Below are positions 21,826 to 31,924 of a stretch of 64,000 nucleotides of DNA, piece by piece. The notes under the pieces were generated by a model, which made no database searches, was not told the origin of the DNA, and worked only from the letters and a program-made list of their open reading frames with translations. Both the position numbers and the translations under genes were made by a program. The stretch is taken from NCBI GenBank assembly GCA_000182565.2, contig KQ257451.1, one strand, 5' to 3'. Every line of letters begins with the position of its first letter. Positions within the stretch are counted from its first letter, which is position 1. The stretch is from Spizellomyces punctatus DAOM BR117. Taxonomy: Eukaryota.

Positions 21826-23628
21826 ATGGCTGATACGCTTATGCTTCGTGGAACCCTTAAGGGTATGTAGTGGGTTGACCGTCCTGCTTGAGCGTCAAGG
21901 CCGCCAAGGTCGCGCATTGGTGTTTACGGCGCATATGTTGGCTCGGCCGAAAGAAAGACATTTGCGCTCTGTGCTAACTTTGCTTTGTTGCCTTCTCCTT
22001 TTGATTGTACTATGCAGGTCACAGCGGTTGGGTCACCGCCATCGCTACCACCCCCGAGTCTCCTGACATGATCTTGTCGGCTTCCCGGGGTACGTAAACT
22101 TCTGTGTGGCTATTGGTTAAAGGCTGAAAGGGTTGAAGTGGGACGACTTTGATGAAGTCTGGAGAGACTGTTTCAATTTTGGATAGTTACTGGGACGAGA
22201 TGGATGGATGGATGGTTGCGGATGGATGCCACGATCGGATGGATGGATCATGTCCCTGGTGCAACATGTCCGAAATTGTGAGAGGGCATGAGAACAACCG
22301 CGTGATGAACTCTTTCCGGGCAATGAGCATGGAAGCTGGCGATCATAGTGAGAAGTGGCATTGAATTTCGATGCCAAGTAACATTTGGGAAGTTGGGTCA
22401 TTGGAGATTGATGGGCTACTACTAGAAGCTGGTTTCGCCTAAGGACAGCGCGATATGACGAGCTTGTGGATGTTGAAGAGCGTCGCCCCATTGTGTGCTG
22501 TTATTAACGATGCTCATTACTTAATTTAGACAAGACCATCATTGTCTGGCACTTGACTCGCGATGAGCAGACCTACGGTGTTCCCCGTCGTGCCCTCACT
22601 GGCCACAACCACTTCGTCTCTGACGTTGTTATCTCCTCTGACGGCCAGTTTGCTCTCTCTGCTTCCTGGGGTGCGTTGTGGAGGTTATATTGGTGTGATG
22701 TGCTCGTGTGTTGACGATTTTTGTATTTGATTCAAAGACAAGACGCTCCGCCTCTGGGACTTGAACAGCGGCACCACCACCCGTCGTTTCGTCGGTCACA
22801 CCAACGATGTCCTCTCCGTTTCCTTCTCCCCTGACAACCGTCAGATCGTGTCTGGATCCCGCGACAAGACCATCAAGTTGTGGAACACCCTTGGCGAGTG
22901 CAAGTTCAACATCACTGAGGACGGTCACACCGAGTGGGTTTCATGCGTGCGCTTCTCCCCCAACCCTGCCAACCCTGTCATTGTTTCCTCTGGCTGGGAC
23001 AAGCTCGTGAAGGTAAATATGGTCACTGGTCACTGGACAAGGCTTGTAGATGATTATATCCTTAGTATTTGCTACTTCGGAGACCGGACGGTCTATGAGA
23101 TCAATTTCCACCCATAGAATATGATATGAGCCTTGTTCGTGATTGTCTCTGAACAGGAGACAGGTATATGAGAACATGAGTGCTGATTTTCTTTTCGCGC
23201 AGGTGTGGGACTTGACCAAGTGCAAACTGAAGACCAACCACTACGGACACACCGGCTACATCAACAACGTTACCATCTCTCCCGACGGTTCCCTTTGCGC
23301 TACCGGTGGAAAGGACGGCATCACTATGTTGTGGGACTTGAACGAAGGAAAGCACCTCTACTCACTCGATGCTGGAGATGTCATCAACGCTCTTTGCTTC
23401 TCCCCCAACCGCTACTGGCTCTGTGCTGCCACTGGCTCTGGTATTAAGATCTGGGATTTGGAGAGCAAGAGCATTGTTGACGAGCTCCGTCCTGAGTTCC
23501 CTGAGCAAGGCAAGAAGGCCACTCCTCCCCAGTGTATCTCCATTGCCTGGTCTGCGGACGGTCAAACTCTCTTCTCTGGCTACACTGACAACGACATCCG
23601 CGTGTGGCAGGTTATCCGCTCAGCATAA
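21826..23628 (+). CDS. RACK1: RACK1/Asc1/Cpc2 WD40 ribosomal scaffold protein, 5 exons
   Basis: [24 protein letters not shown]..., [37 protein letters not shown] and [12 protein letters not shown]; strong codon bias. Confidence 0.98.
22199..22248 (+). repeat. Interrupted (GGAT)n microsatellite in a RACK1 intron
   Basis: gatggatggatggatgg...ggatggatg...ggatggatggat. Confidence 0.7.
22249..22386 (+). ncRNA. Candidate box H/ACA snoRNA in RACK1 intron 2
   Basis: Hairpin catgtccct/agggcatg, H box AGAACA (22291-22296), a second hairpin (ttcc/ggaa core), an inserted hairpin tggcattgaa/ttcgatgcca, then ACAttt (22381). It lies in an unusually long 440-nt intron. Confidence 0.45.
23043..23157 (+). 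ncRNA. snR24: Box C/D snoRNA, U24/snR24 family, in the last RACK1 intron
   Basis: Terminal stem cttgt/acagg, C box ATGATT, guide TATTTGCTACTT matching the U24/snR24 D' guide, D' CGGA, C'-like ATGAG and D box CTGA. The ASC1 intron is the known snR24 host in yeast. Confidence 0.8.
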
Positions 23629-24085
23629 GTGTTTTGTTTGGGTTGTGGTAGGCGATGATGAGTGTGGGATAGAGGGCAGCGGTTCATAGTGCATAGGCCA
23701 CGTCTTTTGTATATTATGTGACGACCTGTGCTGGTATGGCGATGATCTTGTTCTATTCTCGCCTCTCATTGGTGGAGGTGGTGAAGGAACGGCAACAGAG
23801 GTTGAATGGAATGCAATGTATCTTAACTCCATCGGGTGTGTATATCGCTTTCACATTAAATTTCAGATTCCTATCTACTGTCCATGGCTCGCTTGTCCTA
23901 TGTAACGGTAGTCCTGAGAGCATTTCCGCTAATCGGAAAATGACCAGAAAATAAAGTAAAGGTAATCAGATCCCTGGGCAAGCCAACTCTATGACGTGAC
24001 GGTCTCCAAACCAAATGACAAGGAATAATGGTCTAGACTTCCAATTTATCTTTACGCACGAAATCTACGCATCAGTGAGATTAAC

Positions 24086-24468
24086 ATGTCAGAAAGACCC
24101 GTCACGACGTACAAAGCGCCGGGAAAACCAATCGAGTATGAGGTTCCCAGATGGACACAACGATTCTTTCCAAATGAGAATCCTAACATCAATTGGTTCC
24201 ATATCTGGGTTGTTGCGCCTGGCTTGGTGAACCTCCAGTGGCCATCACCTACGACAAGATGCAGCACTGAAAGACCTCTTTATCAACATTAGGGAATGAT
24301 CAGCTACAAACCAGAACTCGTCAAGTACACTCCGTTTATTGCAGGTTTCATTGCGGCAACCCACTGTAGGTTCATCATCATCCGAAGCCGTTTATAGATC
24401 TTTGAATTTCGAGTTTCATTTCAGTGTTCGCTATTGGCAAGAAGATGCTTAGGAGGGAGCCGGTCTAA
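24086..24468 (+). CDS. Small (about 79 aa) single-TM protein, 3 exons; possibly a mitochondrial complex subunit
   Basis: Spliced product MSERPVTTYKAPGKPIEYEVPRWTQRFFPNENPNINWFHIW-GMISYKPELVKYTPFIAGFIAATH-LFAIGKKMLRREPV*, joined by two GT-AG introns. Confidence 0.55.
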
Positions 24469-24787
24469 AAGCATGCGTTTACAGCGCCTGAGCAGTAATG
24501 AAACAAACTGATCTTTTCGATCGGTATCTCTGTCTTGATCATATTAAGCTTGTAATTGCAATCAATTTCGCATACATGATCATACTGCCTACACTATTCT
24601 ATGTATGCGCTAGCATGTAACCGAATACCTTCACAGAATTCCTTTGAAATATATCACATAAGCTTTTGACCATTCCCCATAAGCATTCAAGCAATTTTTT
24701 GTGTTCATTCCAGCCATGCTCCCTTTGCGCAATTTGATGATTCCTATATACGCCGCGGGTGCAAAACTGGTACATATCACGTCTGCA

Positions 24788-25987
24788 TCAACCTAGCTCC
24801 TCTGTCCTCTTGGGAAGGACATAGGGAGCGTCAAACCAACAACCGCACAAGGCACAGTACCAGACTCCTGATCCCCGAAGACCTTGAGATGTGCCGCCAC
24901 AGCCAGGACAGCGAAGCAAACGGTTGACAGTATGGATTAAAAGTTTGTTTTGAACCTCTACGGATAGCCGGTAGAAAAATGGGTCAAGGAGTGGCAGAAG
25001 CGGCCACTTCTCCTGGTACGCATCCGAAAGCAGGTCATGCATTCCGTGAGTCATGGCAAGATATAAGCATCGGATCCAATGCTCGGCCGTAACTTTGGAT
25101 AAAAATTCTTGGCAACTTTGTTGTAAAGCACCCAACGGTGTAGCGGCCCGCACAAGATCCTCAATCGTGCTCCAGGTGATCAAGTCCGGATGGTTGACGA
25201 AGTACAACTCGATATCATTTTTGAAGACAAGGCCAAGTGGATCGCAAGTATTAAGAAGCTTCAAAGCTATCTCCCCATTGAATTCGACTATTCTCACGTA
25301 AATGCAGTCAAGAAATAGTTTGAAGCTTTCTTCATCCGCGATGTCCTTGAGTGTAATCTCTCGGATCGACCTACCAAACCCATCCACTCGGTGGCTCTCC
25401 ATCCATGGCCAGTTGAACAAAGCCCGAAAGTAGTCTGAGTGGATTTTGAGAAGCTCGGTGTGTATGTGGAATGCTGTAGAGTCGACAACAACGCGAACAT
25501 CGGCATCTGGGAAATTGTGTCGATCACTGATGACGATCGGCTTTTCAGCGTCAACAGCTTTACCGCTAAAATCGCAAGCTGAAAATATGAGATAGTATTC
25601 TGAAGTGAATCCTTCTGCTACAGCTTTTTCATGCGTGATGTTGGCCTGAAACTTACGGGCCTTAGGATCGTTCATACTAGGGCCGTAATGTTCGTTGTGC
25701 GTGAGAATATGCTCACTCTTAGTTGATGCAACGAAGTTCCCACGTATCTTATTGTCTAGAATCAGAGGTTGATCACCACCCCGCTTTTGTGGAGCCTGTG
25801 AAGATAGTCTCCGAGGCTGGGAAATGACTCTGGTTAACGACGTGGGGGCTTGCTCCAAGCCATGAACAAAACGCGGACTATAGCTCGCATGTTCACTATT
25901 CCCACCAAACCATGAGAAGAGTAGGAAACCTAGTCTCAACCTCCACAAAGCGAAGGTTTCACTTATGGGCTCGGCGCAGTTGGACAC
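24788..25987 (-). CDS. BTB/POZ-domain protein with a C-terminal CxxC-CxxC zinc ribbon; true start may be MNDPK at about 25674
   Basis: DADVRVVVDSTAFHIHTELLKIHSDYFRALF...ESFKLFLDCIY, and C-terminal RCPGC...YCALCGC. Confidence 0.8.
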   Translation of the reverse strand: MSNCAEPISETFALWRLRLGFLLFSWFGGNSEHASYSPRFVHGLEQAPTSLTRVISQPRRLSSQAPQKRGGDQPLILDNKIRGNFVASTKSEHILTHNEHYGPSMNDPKARKFQANITHEKAVAEGFTSEYYLIFSACDFSGKAVDAEKPIVISDRHNFPDADVRVVVDSTAFHIHTELLKIHSDYFRALFNWPWMESHRVDGFGRSIREITLKDIADEESFKLFLDCIYVRIVEFNGEIALKLLNTCDPLGLVFKNDIELYFVNHPDLITWSTIEDLVRAATPLGALQQSCQEFLSKVTAEHWIRCLYLAMTHGMHDLLSDAYQEKWPLLPLLDPFFYRLSVEVQNKLLIHTVNRLLRCPGCGGTSQGLRGSGVWYCALCGCWFDAPYVLPKRTEELG

Positions 25988-26103
25988 ACCGGGAGAAGCA
26001 GGCCTTCTATTTTTTGTTTCCTACCGTCCTATGTCCAGAACATATTGCTGCCAAGTATAGCATTTTGCGACAAAACGTACGCACACAAGAATACATCTGT
26101 ATC

Positions 26104-27793
26104 ATGCAGCGCATTTCCATCATGTCCTCACGACGAATGCTCCGTGCATTATGGCTAATGGTCATGCTCGTCCTTTTTGGCATGGTCTATCTCACGGCAA
26201 TATATTTCATGGAGCCAACAAACGGCTTCTACATGGCCCACGATCTTGAACAGAAGGCGATAAGTCGCTGTTCGCAACCATATCCATCGAAATACCTTGT
26301 CACCCTCGCACTTAATTCAGAACTTTCTGAGCATTTGGAAGACTTGTGGCAAGCAATTGGTACCAATCATTCACTTGTGGCCCTACTACGTACGTGGAAC
26401 ATTGGCAGGTTCAATGGGTACAGCATCGAGTTTCCGGACAAGAATCACTGTGTGAGATTCTGGACAGCATATGATGCAGGATATTTTGGAGAGGCAGTGG
26501 CCCATGTAGAAATGGACACCACCCAGAAAGTCGATATTCAACAGATGCAAGTTAATCCTCCTTGGGTACGCGTCCAAGTAATTGTTCCAACGACGAGCAG
26601 CTGATGTACCCTCTGTGTGGGCACCAAGGGACTCGACCGCATCGATCAAAGAGCTTACCCTCTCGATGGACGTTACCAATCCTATCCAGATTCGGGTGGA
26701 GAAGGTGTTGACATTTATATCGTCGATACGTAAGATCATATCCCGCCGGGCGGAATGAAAGAGATGTTCATCTAATCATCGTGTAGAGGCATCAATATCA
26801 AACATAAGGACTTTGAAGGTCGTGCGGTTTGGGGAACTACGACCAGATCTGATAATGCGCCCGACTTTGATGACAACGGTAAGCGGAACCTAGCTAATTC
26901 TTGTGAAAAATCGTATAATGATTCCGCCGGCCCGTCACAGGGCATGGCAGCCACGTTGCCGGCATCGCAGGCAGTAAAACTTATGGTGTTGCAAAAAAAG
27001 CAAGGTTAATTGCTGTCAAGGCACTGGATGCTGACGGCCATGGTCCTTACAGCGAGCTAATTGAGGGGCTGCAGTGGGTGGCTAGGAATGCCCCTCCAAC
27101 TGGGAATAAATCCATTGTTAAGTACGCATACCACAGGAAGGAATTTGAGATCTGCCATAAATCTTAACAGATTCGAGCAGTCTCTCCATTCAGGGAGAAG
27201 TGTCTCAAGCTCTCAATGGTGCAGTAACAGGCCTTCTCGATCTCGGTATTCATGTTGTCAGCGCTTCGGGCAACAGAGGTCAAGATGCTTGTGGCTTTTC
27301 TCCTGCAGAGATCACTACCAACACATCGGCCATCTCCGTTGGAGCCGTTGACGACTCGGACACCGAACCTGCTTTCAGCAACTACGGCGATTGCGTCAGT
27401 ATTATGGGACCCGGCGTCCGCATTCTGAGTGTCGACGCGGGTACTGCAAGTGGACTTGAACTGCTGCCAATATGATGTGCAAACAGCTGAGTAAACAGTG
27501 ATTTTATGTCAGATTCGAACGACGGAACGAGAGTTATGTCAGGCACTAGCATGGCCGCGCCGCATGGTATGTTCATTTTGCACGCACAAGTCGCAGCCAG
27601 GACACTGATTGCCATCCAACTAGTGTCGGGAGTACTTGCCATTCTACTCGCTGGAGCCACCGACGGGAATGGAATTCCAACTGACCCTGCTGGGCTGAAG
27701 ACGTACGTACTCTCGCATGTGACAAAGGATGTAACAGCCTCGGATGGGACCGCGAAAGTGAATAGCGGTGTCGTGTACATTGGGCCGACGTAA
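26104..27793 (+). CDS. Subtilisin-like serine protease (S8, proteinase K subfamily), multi-exon
   Basis: PWGLDRIDQ and the catalytic triad motifs YIVDTGI, DNGHGSHVAG and MSGTSMAAPH; I9-like propeptide; N-terminal hydrophobic segment. Confidence 0.93.
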
Positions 27794-28460
27794 GCCCTTA
27801 AAATATCAGTATTAGGCATGTCAATTGGTATATACATTTCCCACAACAAGATGGCAAGGTTCACAAGGTGTAGGTGCGATTGAAAATGTGCATTATCAGT
27901 GGTTTCATCGTATCAGAAGAAAGACGATGCGATGAGATGCCATTACGCTGAGGGTCTTCGTCTCGTATATACAATAGAAAGTCCATAACATATCACACAC
28001 CGGTCATATTTGACATCTATTGCTCATACTACCCATGCCATGACCCGTAGTCACACCCCACAAATCTCCGAATGCCAGGCTCACCCGCGGCAAAGCCAGC
28101 AGTTGAGTGGTAATCATGATCCTTTTCTCAGATATATTACTGTTCTGTGTCCCCGCCCATGGCATTATGAATTGGCATTCCTTTCTCCGACCAAGGTTCT
28201 AGGGTGTCTACTCTTCTCGACCCGGGCCCGCACTACTCACCTTGTCACTTTTCCAACGAGAACAATAAATCTCCGAGCACGCTACCCATATTTAAAGGAG
28301 ATCACTCCGCTCCCTCACTCGTGAATTCTGCTCTATACTGTGAAGGTTTCCTATCTAGTCGTCTCCTCAACTTTGTTAGTCATTTCTGTCGAAATACTCG
28401 TCTGTCACCCTCAACTGTTAAACTGATACAAGCACATCAGTGAAAGGAAACTCCACAGCA

Positions 28461-29679
28461 ATGGGTTGTGTACCATCAAAGTCAGCCGCTGACCGGAAGG
28501 TTGTCCCAACGGCCGGCGAAATTCCGATGGCTGGCAAACCCGACAACAGTAAAACCATCACAGGCCGCTCCAGCACCCATCTTGAATCCATCCACCACCG
28601 CTGCTGGTCCCGACGGAGCGGCCTCCAACACCTAAGCAAGGATGGAGCGAACGCTCCGCTCCAGAATCCAATGTGATCTCCGATGCTACCCAAAAGGATG
28701 GGAATGTATCGGACATTCCTCCACCTCCTATACAGCAAAGAGGTGATTCCGCCATCGGACGAGGCATTGACCGTGGTAAGTGCAATTCGAGGATATTATG
28801 GACGACGTGGTCTTTTGAAGATTTTCCTCCCGTCGATCATCGGGGATATATTTGCTGATGCTCAAGTATCCAGATATCAAGCCACTAGACAAACCGCTTA
28901 TGCCGCCAATCCAACACACTGACAACCTCAACGCTGATGCACCCATGTTTCCCCAAGGTGAGAGCTGTATGCATTCCTAAGCAAGCTGTTGAAAATTTGG
29001 AAGCGCTGATCCTTATTCATATCCACAGCAGCTGAGGGACCCACCAAACCCGTTGCTTTTGAAATTCCCTTAGGTGAAAACCTTTTTGGGTCCCTGACCA
29101 AAGAGAACAGTAGCTCACTTGGTTCAATGAACCGTTCGCCAGCGACTGTGGGTAGGCTTCCAAGTCTTGGTCTTACCAATGACGATATTAAGGCCAAGCT
29201 TGCCAATGCCGATGCCCGCTGGAAGGTGGGTGCTCAGATAGATCGTCTTCTTGGGGTGGGTTTTTGAGCACAAATTGTAGACTGCGTGTTGAATATGCGC
29301 AAGTCATATTCAATCGTACAAAGTGCTAAATGATGAACTCCCCTCTACCTTATAATAGGATCTCGAAAACGAAGAGCTCGTGCGCAAAGATACATCTCGC
29401 CGCCGCCGAGCCAAACCCAAATTGAGTTCCAATGCTCGTCCCAAGACCCGGCAAGGTCGTGAGGAAGACCCCGAAGTTCTCAAACAGCGCCTTCTGGAAA
29501 AAGAAACTCAAGCAGAAAAGAACCGACAGCGAGAACTACAAAAGCTGCAGGCCAAGCTGGCTCGTATGGATCAGCACGTGCGACGTGTACAGGAGCGCAA
29601 GCGGTTCCTGGAGATGGGATCGTCGACTGACGATATGAGCTTGTCCGTCTCTACAAGCAGTGTGTCGTTGGCGGTGTGA
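28461..29679 (+). CDS. Stathmin-domain-like protein with an N-terminal MGC acylation motif (STMND1-like)
   Basis: Starts MGCVPSK. Contains KPVAFEIPL, LPSLGLTNDDIKAKLANADARWK, and a second helix LKQRLLEKETQAEKNRQRELQKLQAKLARMDQHVRRVQERK. Confidence 0.6.
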
Positions 29680-29959
29680 CATTGACGATCGGTCGAGAGT
29701 TGGATATGAGCCCTATAATTTAAATACCCTGTGTGGTCTAATAGATGCCTGGATGTGAATTTTCTAACAGAGCTGAATTGCAAACTTCTCCTGCTGTTAT
29801 AAAAAAATGTTGGGTTTCACCTATTCACTGAATTGCGAAATTACTGGATGATGCGACGCGAATGTGCATGTGTTCTATCAGTACTGGGCTCCATGTATCA
29901 ATTGGCAGATAAATTATGCAAGTGCTATCTTCTCTACATACATATACCATATAGCCACC

Positions 29960-31621
29960 CTACGACAATAGAAATTTGAAATTCTTGTAAAACCCAAGCA
30001 TCGGGTTGTCTCCCGATTTAGTTTTGGTTGCCAATAGGTTAGCATTCTTTTCTAAAAACTCTTGCTGTGTCACGACCTTCGCACTCTGGCGTCCACCTTT
30101 CCCACATACGGCATTGTACATATCCCGCATCAACTCAAAGTTCGTTGGGAAAAAGATGTCAAACCACCCCGGTTGCACCAGATACGTTGAACACGGGATC
30201 ATCATTCCCTGATATCGAGTTTGGACAACCGGTGCATTGAGCCCCGCAACAGAGTCTGGTAGTGAATCAAAGTCGGAAATAATCAGGCGGTGTTTAGGAA
30301 AGTGTTCGTTCAACTGATCGAAAAGTCTCAAGCACATGGTAGGAAGGAATTCGGGGTCGGTCAGGTTAGGCGCAAAGGGGAGCATTGACCGAAGATACCT
30401 CCGCCATCGGCTGGTAAGGAGAGGCGAGCGATAGCCAATTTCAGCTCGGATATTCAGATATCTTTGAATGAGGGGGTCTGATAGAAGTTCGTATGCCTCC
30501 TGGTAATCCCCGTCCTCATCTATTAGGACTACCCCTTGTCTCGGTGCCCCTGTATTGAAATCGTATCGCACCAAATCATGGGAAAAGTTATCCTGAAATA
30601 CCAGTGAGAAAAGCTGCTTCAAACCTCCTAGTAAGTACAGAGATTCACTCACGATAACTTCCATCGCGATAATGAAACAGGCATCAGGAACGTGCGTGTT
30701 CCAAGTGAAGATTGACTGGTTGATGATCTCTACGCACTGGTGCCTCTGAGACACTTGCCGTACGTCTTGTCTCTCCGATTGCCTTTCTGCCAATTTAGAA
30801 CTGATTTCGATGATTCTATACCGCGTTCTGCTGTACAGCTCTGGTTCGTGCTCCTTGATATAATCCAAAATATTCACCATGAGCGTTCCGTTTCCAGCTC
30901 CAACTTCATATATAATCAGATCCGTCGACCCTTTATCATCACGCTTATATTCTGTTACAATGTGCTTCGCCAGCGCGTACCCGTACCATGGCTAATAAAA
31001 GTACAGAGAAAATCTTAAAAGACCAACAAACCAACTACAGCGTGATGAAAAGACCGCAATCGTACCTTGAACAATTCCGTAGGAGTATGCCAAACCTGTC
31101 TTGCAATATCGTTCACATCATTGTACTCTCCTTCCACTTCTTTATACAAGTCGGACAAATGGTTCATGAACGCATAGGTATCTCGGATTTCATTGAACGG
31201 TATGTTTTCGGATGGACTAAAGATGTACGCTTTCTTTGAGAAATAGCCGTACGAAGGGTTGTACAGGGAATCGTCTATAAAGTCGCGGACAAGCATTCGT
31301 GCGCACTTTGGCGGTACGGGCTCTTTAAAAGCATCTTCGCTCGTTAGCCTGCGATAGGTTTCGATAGGAACTGGCGGCGTCCTGTTAGGGTTGTCGCGTT
31401 TGTGAAGTGAATCCCTTTAATAATAAACCAGCTACCTTGGTCATTATTCTGTCGGAAGAGATCCTCAGGTATGGTCTTACTCACCAATAATTGGTAGCCA
31501 GTACCGGGCCTCGTCGAAAACCTCGTGATATCACTTTCCTAGATCGTTGGGCACAAGATATTGTACATATATAACCAGTATGGTTCCCAAACAGTCCGCG
31601 GGTAAGTCGATTAACGCGCAT
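29960..31621 (-). CDS. Mitochondrial SAM-dependent methyltransferase, MidA/NDUFAF7 family
   Basis: MLVRDFIDDSLYNPSYGYFSK, WHTPTELFKPWYG, IYEVGAGNGTL, EVIDNFSHDLVRYD and YLVQPGWFDIFFPTNF. Confidence 0.88.
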
Positions 31622-31924
31622 GGTAGCTGCAGCGTAGGACAACGCAGACGAGGTTTTGCAGCAGCTCCCGTACGCTCAGGGTATAAGAAAAATGTGATTC
31701 ATCTATCATTCCAACCATGTTCAACCAATTATTTAACCGGTTCCTGGATTGACGCATCCTGCTCGACAAAAAATCTAACTCCGGTGTTTGTAGCTCACCT
31801 CTTTCCAGAATCTATTCCCCCAAGAAAAGGTTCTACTTACATCCTACGTAATCTAGTATAATTAGAAGATCTGGCAGTGACTGCGCAGTTTGTTTGTATT
31901 CCCCATGTACATCAAACACTCCCG

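Noticed and set aside
21864-22017. RACK1 intron 1 is GC-rich and contains ACAttt, like an H/ACA RNA end
   Set aside because: I could not find an H box or a convincing two-hairpin fold.
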